Positions 9,690-18,803 of a stretch of 64,000 nucleotides of DNA are shown in pieces. Made by a program: the position numbers and the translations under genes. Source of the DNA: a virus. Under the pieces are notes generated by a model, which saw only the letters and a program-made list of their open reading frames with translations, was not told the DNA's origin and made no database searches. Positions within the stretch are counted from its first letter, which is position 1, and each line of letters starts with the position of its first letter. Where the stretch lies: positions 55,616 through 119,615 of IMG/VR virus record IMGVR_UViG_3300037264_001145. One strand, written 5' to 3'.

Positions 9690-10547
9690 TTATCTTTTCA
9701 ATTTTTCTTGTACGTGTCCAGTTTGTCTCATATTATTGAGATTAGATAAAACAACCAATCCTTCACAATGTTTTAGATATTTCATATCTACTACGCCATT
9801 ATTAACAACAGAAGAAATCTCTAAATCATCAAGCAATTTCTTTATTGAAATACCGAGTCGATCACTTAAAAGTCTGATAGCTGTTATTTGTCCTGTATTA
9901 ATTAGTTTATTAGCATCATCTACTTCTTCGTCTTTTGTAACCCCGATTTCTTCCGCAGAAACAACTCTCTTAAGTTTTAATGCTGCACGATATGCTCTAC
10001 CCTTTGCTCTTGTATCGGCCATTGCCACTGGATAGATTGCAAAATCTTTGGTACAGTTTGACGGACACGCATCGGCTAACGCCTCGAAAATTCGTCCATC
10101 AGAAAAAACAATACTAGCCTTAGCACAAGCCCTTTCTCCATTTTCCATTGTTGGGGCAGATACAAGTTCGCATTGTTCTCTCGATACTTCCCCAAGCAAT
10201 AGTTCTGCAACACGTCGCAACCCTTCGAGACGTGGATGTTCACCATCCATTTCATCATCCTGGAACAACCCTAATACATATTGTGTCCACGCAGGACTGG
10301 ACGGTTCGGGTATGTCATTAACATTTACATCTACTGTTGTAGAAGCATCTTCTTCCGGAGGAGGATCAACCTTGACCGCATCATCTGATTCTAAATCTTG
10401 TTTTAATTTATCTAAAATAATCAAGGAATCTTCTCCGCGCTTTTCTTCTGCCAACATTTCCTTTAATGCTCCAAGCTTTAAACCAGAAATTTCTTCTTTG
10501 TCACATCCCATCATCAACAATTCTTCAACTATGTCAGACTTTTTCAT
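9690..10547 (-). CDS. Rad52/Sak-like single-strand annealing protein
   Basis: PRLEGLRRVA and PVAMADTRAKGRAYRAAL motifs typical of phage Rad52-fold annealing proteins; acidic linker. Confidence 0.65.
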   Translation of the reverse strand: MKKSDIVEELLMMGCDKEEISGLKLGALKEMLAEEKRGEDSLIILDKLKQDLESDDAVKVDPPPEEDASTTVDVNVNDIPEPSSPAWTQYVLGLFQDDEMDGEHPRLEGLRRVAELLLGEVSREQCELVSAPTMENGERACAKASIVFSDGRIFEALADACPSNCTKDFAIYPVAMADTRAKGRAYRAALKLKRVVSAEEIGVTKDEEVDDANKLINTGQITAIRLLSDRLGISIKKLLDDLEISSVVNNGVVDMKYLKHCEGLVVLSNLNNMRQTGHVQEKLKR

Positions 10548-11025
10548 TCTTCATGTCCTCGACTATGAACTTTATTATTTCAACCAAATTAAAAGATTTT
10601 ATCACCTCGCTATTAATTAACTTAACCCTTGGATCGTGACTCCATCCTTCTACGCTATTATACGAGTAAATGTAAATATTTTTTGATCTACTATTAAGGG
10701 CTGATTGAAGCGTAGAATTACTAGTAACTATCAACGGAGATGTCCACGAACAAATAAAGCGTATATCTAAAATTGGGGCCAAAACAAAGATGCACGGCTG
10801 ATCTAAATCATGGGTAAAAATCGACACGTCTACGCCGGCGAAGTTATTAAAAATGTAATTGATGTTGTTAAATGAATCAATATTCATTTGTGATTTTCCT
10901 AGATTATCGAACAGTATTGCTGTTGAAAACAATTCGCTATCCAAAGACATTCCCAATCTTTGGAAAAGAATTTCTCCATCCCTTTTTCTTTTTTCAGCTT
11001 CTTTCTTTTTATTATCCATTATCAA
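10534..11025 (-). CDS. Hypothetical protein (possibly degenerate glycosyltransferase-associated domain)
   Basis: Overlapping stop/start chain with the adjacent GT genes; no clear motif. Confidence 0.45.
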   Translation of the reverse strand: MIMDNKKKEAEKRKRDGEILFQRLGMSLDSELFSTAILFDNLGKSQMNIDSFNNINYIFNNFAGVDVSIFTHDLDQPCIFVLAPILDIRFICSWTSPLIVTSNSTLQSALNSRSKNIYIYSYNSVEGWSHDPRVKLINSEVIKSFNLVEIIKFIVEDMKNEKV

Positions 11026-11791
11026 TAATCACATTTACTGGGCATGACAAGCAAATTCCTGATAATTCTTCTTCTCTTAGGTTTTCCGTAAAAGTTCTGA
11101 ACGCTTCTGTCGGTCGCGTTAATGTCTTATAGGCATCTGTTATATAAAGTCCGTACACTTGTGGGAAAGGAAGAACAATAGTTTTGGCAATCCTATTCAT
11201 GAATGGCCAAAAGACAAATCTTGTGTCTTTATCATTCACTTCTTCTGTCATCGTTATTATATCTTTTCCAGATAAAATTTTGTTACTAGGAACAACAACG
11301 AAATATTTTTCTTTGATTGTTTTGGATATTCTCTTCACAGTTTGTTCTGGTTTTTCTTCTTCGTGACTTGGAACAAGAACGTCCAGATTTTTTAGACCTT
11401 TGTGATTTTTGAATATATCAATTATTTGCGATCTATTAGTTTTTCTTGTGACATCTGCTATGATAATTCTTTTACATAAAATAGGAATATTATAAGAATC
11501 AATAGGGCTTACTGGATATGAACTATAAGTTAAACTACGCCCAAGAGATTGAAGGTTATCGTCGTCACTATGAATAATAACAAGATCAAATTCTAGCTTA
11601 GATTCTTGTATAGCTAATTGTATTAATTTTTCCTGTGTTGCGTTCTTGTTCTTGGCCCATTTTTGGGAACGCCAGTATCGACAAAACCCAACAGCGTATG
11701 CGCATTTAGAAGTATTTATAAAAAATTGGTTAGCTAGACATTTATTATCTTTAAAATGGCAACATTTATTACAATCGCTAGCGATCACCAA
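11012..11791 (-). CDS. Hypothetical protein with N-terminal Cys cluster, weakly GT-A-like
   Basis: CNKCCHF...C...C...C N-terminus; FDLVIIH and YFVVV beta-strand pattern. Confidence 0.4.
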   Translation of the reverse strand: MVIASDCNKCCHFKDNKCLANQFFINTSKCAYAVGFCRYWRSQKWAKNKNATQEKLIQLAIQESKLEFDLVIIHSDDDNLQSLGRSLTYSSYPVSPIDSYNIPILCKRIIIADVTRKTNRSQIIDIFKNHKGLKNLDVLVPSHEEEKPEQTVKRISKTIKEKYFVVVPSNKILSGKDIITMTEEVNDKDTRFVFWPFMNRIAKTIVLPFPQVYGLYITDAYKTLTRPTEAFRTFTENLREEELSGICLSCPVNVIIDNG

Positions 11792-11797
11792 ATTCTC

Positions 11798-12808
11798 CTA
11801 ATCAACCAACGTAGCACATGGAGTATCAATTGTAGAATAAAATATCTCGTTCCACTTTTCAATGAAATTTGTGTGGCCGAACTTGTCTAAAATTGTTTGT
11901 CTTGCGTTATTTCCAATTTTTCTTGCTAAATCTTTATCGTTCATCAACTCTTTGCAACGAGAAACCATTTGATCTATATCGTTCGTTATGAAACCATTTT
12001 CACCATCTACTACGACATCTTGTATGTCTGTGGTTTTAGTTGTAACAACAGGACAACCAACAGCCATAGCTTCTAATAATTCATAAGGACAAGATAGCCA
12101 CGTCGAAGTATTGAGAAAAACAGAACATCTCCTATAGTAATCAACTAATTCATTCAAGTCTTTGGCTGGCGCAGAAAAGCCAGGAGACATTCCGATTAGA
12201 AACAATTTTATTTGTTTCCCTATCTTTTCCAGTATATCGAAACCAGTCGGACCTTTTCTGTTCTGAAAATAATCTACGTTTAACAGAACTTTGTTGTCGC
12301 AACCTGTCCAGCCATTGAATATATCTGTGTCCACACATTTCGGCATAATCATAACATCTTGTTCGTCAAGCCCCCATGCGTTACACACAAACTTGGAACA
12401 AAAAATTTGCTTATTGCTAATTTGATCCGCTAACGCCTGGATGACAAACTGATTCATTTCTGGAAAAGGCAGAAAATTATTAACGGATATAATAGGACAA
12501 CTAATACTATTGACTATTTTTAATAGATATGGATAGTCTCTAGCTCTTTGCTGACATATCACTAAGTCAATGCCCATATTTACTTGGTCTTTAGCTTCTC
12601 CTGGCAGCAAGAGAATACAGTTGTCTGGTTTTTCTCTTATTGCTGGGTTCCACATTGGGGTATTTGGTACATTCAAATAATAAAAATTGTGTCCAGTTTT
12701 TGCGAGCATGTCTTGAAATTTTTCTTCGCAATTGACAGTGAATATGTTCAACTTGTCATTGTCTGGTCGATTAATACCCCGAAGGATTGAAGAAAATTGT
12801 GTTGCCAT
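11798..12808 (-). CDS. GT-B (GT4-like) glycosyltransferase
   Basis: VFLNTSTWLSCPYELLEAMAVGCPVVTT and DVVVDGENGF GT4 C-terminal signature. Confidence 0.9.
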   Translation of the reverse strand: MATQFSSILRGINRPDNDKLNIFTVNCEEKFQDMLAKTGHNFYYLNVPNTPMWNPAIREKPDNCILLLPGEAKDQVNMGIDLVICQQRARDYPYLLKIVNSISCPIISVNNFLPFPEMNQFVIQALADQISNKQIFCSKFVCNAWGLDEQDVMIMPKCVDTDIFNGWTGCDNKVLLNVDYFQNRKGPTGFDILEKIGKQIKLFLIGMSPGFSAPAKDLNELVDYYRRCSVFLNTSTWLSCPYELLEAMAVGCPVVTTKTTDIQDVVVDGENGFITNDIDQMVSRCKELMNDKDLARKIGNNARQTILDKFGHTNFIEKWNEIFYSTIDTPCATLVD

Positions 12809-12868
12809 TATTTTTCCTAATTCGTTATAAGTTGACCATTATCGGTTAAAATTGTTACTTTTATCAAT

Positions 12869-14041
12869 CTAATCATTCAATAATCCCTTTAAAATAATAC
12901 CCACATTTTCATGAGAAAAAGCCCTGATCCTTTTTTCCGCAGCAAGACCCCTCTCCTTTAAAGTTTCATTCCCGTATTCTAAATAGGCTCTTTTAAGAGT
13001 TTCTACGAAAGATGGTAAGCAAATATCGAACCATTTTTCTGATCCAGTATACATATCATTAAAGCCATTTAATTGGCCAAAACAATACGTTAATTGTCCC
13101 TTAACTAACCACCCACAGTCAATTTCTCCGGGATATATGAATGTCTCTTTGTTGGGTTCCCAATATCTATAAGCCTGCACATAACACAATTCTGGATGAA
13201 ATCCCCAATTGCTTAAAATGACTGGATTTCCATATCCCATGGCGTCCATCGCAGGAATGTTTCCTCCTTCTCCGTGACTTGTGGAAACAAATACGTTGCA
13301 GGACGCATGAAGTTGTGATAATTGTTCGTCTGATAAACGCTCCACAAGAACCATTATTGGGGGATATTTATTTTCTTCGTTGTGTATATGAGTAGCCTTT
13401 TTTATATCGAGGATTAGCTTCCTCATTGTCTGCATTCCCCTTTCGGGCTTAAATCCTGGTACACTCGTCTTGATTACTAAAAGTACATTTTCCTGGTTTG
13501 TGAACGCCGCATAATATCCTCTTATTAAACCGGCAATATTTTTTCTTCTTGTATTTTCTCCAATAAAATAGAAAACACATTTATCTTTTGCCGCTTCAAG
13601 TTTTGATATGTTCGGTTTATTATTGTACTTTTCTATATCGCACGAATGAGGGAAAATTTTTACTGGTACTGTTACTCCGCTATTTAAACAGGCGGTTTGG
13701 TTTTGAATACTTGGAACCCAAACTTCTGTCATTTGATTTAATGAGTCAACCCATGTTTTACAAATAGTATTGGTTTCCCAATCAAAAATACCTATATTTC
13801 TTATGGTTTTAAGTGGGACGTATGTGACTGGTAGACAATGCTGAATAACAACGTCTACATTTTTCAAGTTTTTTTGTTCTAGGTGTTTAACTACACACAC
13901 TTGTTTCGGAGGAGACTGCTCCATTCTGACGGGGCGACACACAACATCGTATCCCATTTTTTCCAACGCAAGTATATTGTCTCTTGCCGCATGAGCATAT
14001 CCGGTCCCGTCTCTGTAAACCGATAAGTAGGCAATTTTCAT
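12869..14041 (-). CDS. GT-B (GT4-like) glycosyltransferase
   Basis: TGYAHAARD, RKNIAGLI and FVSTSHGEGGNIPAMDAMGYGNPVI motifs. Confidence 0.9.
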   Translation of the reverse strand: MKIAYLSVYRDGTGYAHAARDNILALEKMGYDVVCRPVRMEQSPPKQVCVVKHLEQKNLKNVDVVIQHCLPVTYVPLKTIRNIGIFDWETNTICKTWVDSLNQMTEVWVPSIQNQTACLNSGVTVPVKIFPHSCDIEKYNNKPNISKLEAAKDKCVFYFIGENTRRKNIAGLIRGYYAAFTNQENVLLVIKTSVPGFKPERGMQTMRKLILDIKKATHIHNEENKYPPIMVLVERLSDEQLSQLHASCNVFVSTSHGEGGNIPAMDAMGYGNPVILSNWGFHPELCYVQAYRYWEPNKETFIYPGEIDCGWLVKGQLTYCFGQLNGFNDMYTGSEKWFDICLPSFVETLKRAYLEYGNETLKERGLAAEKRIRAFSHENVGIILKGLLND

Positions 14042-15747
14042 TAAAACACCTCGAACTTAAGTTTTGACTTATCAACATTGATCATAGCCACTCTTTTTTC
14101 TTCGGATTGATTTCTGTGGCTTAAAATTTCAAGAAAATGATCTACCAAAGATTGTCTGTTCGTTGCTATTTTTTGACTACCTACAATTCTAAAACCAGCA
14201 TTAAGATGTTTTACCCATTCAGCGGAGAAGGCGGTGTTTACCATTTCTGGTCTATGAAATATACTCACCATGACCCAGTTTACAAACTCTACGGAATCAA
14301 ATTTATCAAAATTATCTGGTTTTGTAATCTCGGTCGTTTCTATTTGTGCAATGGGATTCAACCACGTTAAGTTTGGATCTTTGATTTCACACTGGTTCAA
14401 AACATTTACCCAAATAGCCGCTGTTCTATCCCAAGAAAAGCGAGGAAGTTTTTCCTTTTGTCCATATACGTCTACTAGTTCCGTTGCGTATTTCACGGTT
14501 TCCTTCGACATTTCTTTTCTTTTTTCAGCAGAGAATCTAACGAATTTATCTAATTTTTGTACGAAGTCGTCGTTGTTCGGAAGAGCTCTTCGTTGCTCTG
14601 TCTCCGTAATACTTTCGTAAAAATATCTCCCAACTTCTATGGGGATGCTTGTTGGACAAACAAGGTGATCTTCCATAGCAGAATATCTAACAGCCGCTAT
14701 TGGGGTTCCACAAGCCATTGCGTCGTTACACGGCATACCATAGCCCTCTGATACGCTATATTGAACATACAGATCAAACAACCTCATTATTTCAGCGAGA
14801 ACTTCTCTTGATGGAGAAGAATCGGCATTTGGAGGATGTGCTGCTTTTTGTCTGCATCGTCTACACACAGCCCATTCCCCCTGAAAGAAACTTGGATAAA
14901 CGGTTCCACAGTTGTTACATACATATGTCATTAAAACCTTTGTGCCAACCTTGAATTCTATAATTGCTCTTCCTATGTCATAACCAACGTCTGGATAACT
15001 TGTGTGCAAATATAAAAATGTCTTTTTAACTAAATCTATGTGTCCTTTTGTTTTTGCTTTATATACCCATTTAGAGAAGGCTTCTACTAAATCATAATAT
15101 AATTTTCTTTTTTGATTTCGCATGACCGTACCAATAATTATTGTACCTGGATCAATACTAAGTTTTAATTTGTGCGCCCCTTTGTCGTCTGGTGGTTTAA
15201 AAACGTTCAAGTCTGATCCGGGGGACGCAACGGTTATCATGTTTGTTCCCTTGAACGCATCTTTTTTCATTATGTCCCACGCCCACTGAGAGTATGTCAG
15301 ACACCCATCGCATCTTCTATAGATATCTAGCCACAAATCTCTTTGTGGAATTCCATCTATAGTTAACATCCAATACCAAATAAAATATTTACGAAACACA
15401 GACTTGTCTATAAATTCGTCCATCCAATAGTCACGAATAGAGAGAACAATATCTGGTTTAAAATGCAAACAAACATCATCGAATCTCCATGCTCCGAATT
15501 GATTTATTGGATTAGACTTATAGGCTTCGTGCCCCTCTTCATCACCTTCTCCTGGGGCGACGGTATAAATTTGCCATGGAACCGACTTTATTCTTGCGTC
15601 ACCGTCGCGTCCATACGCACCTAATTCCGCTATCTCGAACTCACCAGTGTCATAAATTCTTTTGATAACTTCGTGCCAATATGTTGCGAAACCAGTTGCA
15701 AGAAAAGAAGCTTCGCCGACAAAAAGAACTCTTTTCTTCCTAGACAT
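14041..15747 (-). CDS. GT-B (GT4-like) glycosyltransferase with inserted CxxC...CxxC zinc ribbon
   Basis: TGFATY and YVQYSVSEGYGMPCNDAMACGTPI motifs; CNNC...CRRC insertion. Confidence 0.88.
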   Translation of the reverse strand: MSRKKRVLFVGEASFLATGFATYWHEVIKRIYDTGEFEIAELGAYGRDGDARIKSVPWQIYTVAPGEGDEEGHEAYKSNPINQFGAWRFDDVCLHFKPDIVLSIRDYWMDEFIDKSVFRKYFIWYWMLTIDGIPQRDLWLDIYRRCDGCLTYSQWAWDIMKKDAFKGTNMITVASPGSDLNVFKPPDDKGAHKLKLSIDPGTIIIGTVMRNQKRKLYYDLVEAFSKWVYKAKTKGHIDLVKKTFLYLHTSYPDVGYDIGRAIIEFKVGTKVLMTYVCNNCGTVYPSFFQGEWAVCRRCRQKAAHPPNADSSPSREVLAEIMRLFDLYVQYSVSEGYGMPCNDAMACGTPIAAVRYSAMEDHLVCPTSIPIEVGRYFYESITETEQRRALPNNDDFVQKLDKFVRFSAEKRKEMSKETVKYATELVDVYGQKEKLPRFSWDRTAAIWVNVLNQCEIKDPNLTWLNPIAQIETTEITKPDNFDKFDSVEFVNWVMVSIFHRPEMVNTAFSAEWVKHLNAGFRIVGSQKIATNRQSLVDHFLEILSHRNQSEEKRVAMINVDKSKLKFEVF

Positions 15748-16294
15748 GTAATTTATCTCTTATTTTCTTAAACATTCTACATTTTTCTGTTCTACTTTTG
15801 TCTGTTTCGTCCGTTAATAATAAGTCCATTTCTTCTTCGGAGAGTCTGTCGTTAATTTCCATCAAATCCACTGGTTGTCTCATGTCTTGTATATCGTCAC
15901 GTATTTCATTAATCGACATAGAAAGTTGTTTTAATTCCATCAATCTTTCATAAGATATATTTAACGTTCTGGCAATATATTCTTCTGTTTTACCATTATT
16001 AATATGCTGTCTAATTTTAGATGCTAAAACTTTATCTACAAATGAAGCATGTAGCGGTCCTGTAGATTTAATAGCCTCGTTTCTCATTTCGTGACTTATT
16101 GACGCACAAACATATGTTTTGAATGAACCTTTTTCTATTTGCCATCGCTTACAAGCCTTCCACAATGCGATTAGTCCTATTTGCGTATAATCGTTGCGCG
16201 ACAAATAGCTGTTGTGATAGATGATGGATACCCTACGAGACAAGCTATTGATAAACCTAATATATTGCTTGTAGTTAGAACGGAATTTCTTCAT
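15740..16294 (-). CDS. RNA polymerase sigma-70-like factor (region 2 and HTH)
   Basis: DYTQIGLIALWKACKRW...GSFKTYVCASI region 2 pattern; IARTLNISYERL HTH. Confidence 0.75.
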   Translation of the reverse strand: MKKFRSNYKQYIRFINSLSRRVSIIYHNSYLSRNDYTQIGLIALWKACKRWQIEKGSFKTYVCASISHEMRNEAIKSTGPLHASFVDKVLASKIRQHINNGKTEEYIARTLNISYERLMELKQLSMSINEIRDDIQDMRQPVDLMEINDRLSEEEMDLLLTDETDKSRTEKCRMFKKIRDKLHV

Positions 16295-16766
16295 TCTCTT
16301 CCGCCTCTGATGGTACTGTTACTGGTTCTGGTTGCGGCTGTGATTTAACAGCAGTAGGCTTTGTCTTTTTGTTTTGGGGAGGAGCAGGAGCGGGAGCGGG
16401 AGCAACTTCCTTCTCCACAGAAGCAGCAACGACTGTTTCCCCATTTGTTTTTTGTACGACTTCAAAACTATTCAAAGTTAACACAAGAACCGTTCTTTTA
16501 TCACCCTCCGTACTAGTCCATGAATCTTGTTTAATATAACCTTCAACAAAAACAGGAACACCCTTCTTGACAAATTGTGCAAACTTTTCGGCTCTTGGTC
16601 CAAAAATTTGACACTTAACAAAAGACACTTCCTTTTGCCACGCCCCATCCTTGTCCTTATAACTCTTATTGAAGGCTAAACTTACGTTAGCCACGCTCGA
16701 AGTACCAAGTGGTCGCATTTCACTATCGGTTGTGGCGATCCCAACCCCATAAGCCTTGAGTTCCAT
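16275..16766 (-). CDS. ssb: Single-stranded DNA-binding protein (OB fold)
   Basis: KKGVPVFVEGYIKQDSW motif; acidic C-terminal tail ending EEIPF. Confidence 0.95.
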   Translation of the reverse strand: MELKAYGVGIATTDSEMRPLGTSSVANVSLAFNKSYKDKDGAWQKEVSFVKCQIFGPRAEKFAQFVKKGVPVFVEGYIKQDSWTSTEGDKRTVLVLTLNSFEVVQKTNGETVVAASVEKEVAPAPAPAPPQNKKTKPTAVKSQPQPEPVTVPSEAEENEEIPF

Positions 16767-16815
16767 TTATTTCTCCTTTAAAAACACTATTTCCATAAGA
16801 TATTATACCTGTCAC

Positions 16816-18570
16816 TCAAATTAATTTTCGAAGATCTGTAATAATTATTGATCCATTCTGTTTATGTCCAAAAATCATACAAACTAATGTGTCTTTACAA
16901 AGTCCATGAATTTTCTCATAAGTGTCTGGAAAAACTACCGCATGATCAATACTGTACGAAGAATCAGATATTGTAAGAAAACACATTGGCGCACCAGGAT
17001 TTTTCCCCTTCTTTGTCTTGGTGTGTTTTACGGAATCTATTACAGCACAAACCGAAAAACTTTCGCCGTTCAAAGCCTTAATTAAATCTAAACAATTGTG
17101 TGAAGCAGCACTATCATCTGCGTCGTCAGAAGGAGAACAACTTAAAGAAATACCAAGGAAATATTTTTCTGCTGTTGATTTACCAAGATTCGTGTCTATT
17201 TCATCTTTTGCTAATTGATTCAATTTACCTTCGATGACTTTTAATCTTTTCGGCCCGACGCATGATTTGGAGGAGGATTCGTCATAACCATTTTCTTTTA
17301 ATTTGTTGATAATATCAAGCTTGGTCATTCCAGAAAAATCAAATGTTTCCCCTAGAATATTTTTAGACCATCCTATAATATCATCTTTTTTCATAGACGA
17401 TAGAGACTTGCCTGGCATTTTTGACGCTTGTTCAACCATTTCGGTTAGAACATCTCTCATAGTTTTGTCGTCGCCATCGAACAACTTATCAAAAAACCAA
17501 TCTCTCTCCTTGTCTGTCAAGCCCCTAATTTCTTTATTTTTACCATCCTTGTCCCTGACAGACGTGCCAAATAGAATTTCTAGTTCTTTTACCATTTGCG
17601 ATCTTTCCATTTGGTAACAGTCACAGGCACCGGATTTTATTAAAGCAATCCCAACGCTTCTATGGATAAGAGGTAACGATTTTAAAAACTCGTTCCACGT
17701 AGATAAAGATTCCTTGCTTTGTTCTACGATTTTAGATATCGCAGATTGACCAACCCCCCTTATATTTGAAAGACCAAATTTTATACCGCTGTCTATCATT
17801 TGGAAGTGGACATTACGAACCCTAATATCGGGCGGAAATACATCTATCCCAAACAATCTTGCGTCCTGTACTAGCTTATAGACCTCTTCTTTGGGATCGG
17901 ATTTGTAATTAGAGAATGTTAAATAACTAGTAAAAAATTCGTTTGGAAAGTGTGTTTTTATCCAAGCCGTTGTATAACTAAGCATCCCATAACTTATGGC
18001 GTGGGATTTATTAAAAGAATATCTTTGACTTTTTTCAATCCATCCAAAAATTTGTTTTGCTGTATCTGTTGATACCAATCCTTTTTTAAGACACCCATCT
18101 ATGAATTTGATTTTTAATTTTGCCATTAGCTCTGGTTTTTTCTTACCCATGGCTTTTCTTAGTTCGTCTGCGTTCTCTAACGAGAATCCCGCAACTTCTG
18201 TTGCTATTTTGATGGCTTGTTCCTGATAGACCAAACAACCGTAAGTGTCGCCCAAAATATCTTTGAGACGTGGGTGCAAATAATTGGGTTGTTTTCTACC
18301 AAATTTTATATCTACGTATTCTTCAGATTGTCCACTTTCTAAACAACCCGGCCTCACCAATGCGGTCAGCGCAGCTAATTCCTGAATATTTGATGGCTTG
18401 ACTTTTCTAGCCCATTCTTGTCCAAGTCTAGTTTCCAGTTGAAAAACACCCGTAGTAAAACCAGAGGATATTAGTGCCCAAACCGCAGCGCAATCTAATG
18501 ATATATTATTTGAATCGAATTTGCCTTTTTCGACTTGGCAATCACAAGAAGAAAATTTAATCGTGTCCAT
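16816..18570 (-). CDS. dnaE: DNA polymerase III alpha, C-terminal half (fingers, HhH, OB fold)
   Basis: GVFQLE, LVRPG, TYGCLVYQEQ, ADELRKAMGKKK, YSFNKSHA, PPDI, FGLSNIRGVG and a C-terminal OB fold. No catalytic aspartates. Confidence 0.93.
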   Translation of the reverse strand: MDTIKFSSCDCQVEKGKFDSNNISLDCAAVWALISSGFTTGVFQLETRLGQEWARKVKPSNIQELAALTALVRPGCLESGQSEEYVDIKFGRKQPNYLHPRLKDILGDTYGCLVYQEQAIKIATEVAGFSLENADELRKAMGKKKPELMAKLKIKFIDGCLKKGLVSTDTAKQIFGWIEKSQRYSFNKSHAISYGMLSYTTAWIKTHFPNEFFTSYLTFSNYKSDPKEEVYKLVQDARLFGIDVFPPDIRVRNVHFQMIDSGIKFGLSNIRGVGQSAISKIVEQSKESLSTWNEFLKSLPLIHRSVGIALIKSGACDCYQMERSQMVKELEILFGTSVRDKDGKNKEIRGLTDKERDWFFDKLFDGDDKTMRDVLTEMVEQASKMPGKSLSSMKKDDIIGWSKNILGETFDFSGMTKLDIINKLKENGYDESSSKSCVGPKRLKVIEGKLNQLAKDEIDTNLGKSTAEKYFLGISLSCSPSDDADDSAASHNCLDLIKALNGESFSVCAVIDSVKHTKTKKGKNPGAPMCFLTISDSSYSIDHAVVFPDTYEKIHGLCKDTLVCMIFGHKQNGSIIITDLRKLI

Positions 18571-18575
18571 ATTCT

Positions 18576-18584
18576 ATTATACCA
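18576..18584 (-). promoter_or_regulatory. Extended -10 promoter (TGGTATAAT), probably giving a leaderless dnaE-C transcript
   Basis: Perfect TGnTATAAT ending 5 nt before the ATG at 18570; no SD sequence. Confidence 0.55.
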
Positions 18585-18602
18585 GCAAAGCCATTAGATT
18601 TG

Positions 18603-18803
18603 TTAGCCGTCGTACATTCCAAGCAATCTGAATCCGCCTCGTCGGTCCCTAACGTAATCTGTGCCAGGACAACCTAGAGGATAATAGGTTTTACTAACGC
18701 CACAGTTTTTTATACATTTTATTGTGATTCTATCTGTACAAGATTTATCGTGATCTATTACAAAAATACTGCCACAAGCGCATCTATATTTATGTTTTTT
18801 CAT
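18603..18803 (-). CDS. Small Cys-rich protein
   Basis: CACG...CIKNC; 66 aa; overlaps the previous stop. Confidence 0.5.
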   Translation of the reverse strand: MKKHKYRCACGSIFVIDHDKSCTDRITIKCIKNCGVSKTYYPLGCPGTDYVRDRRGGFRLLGMYDG

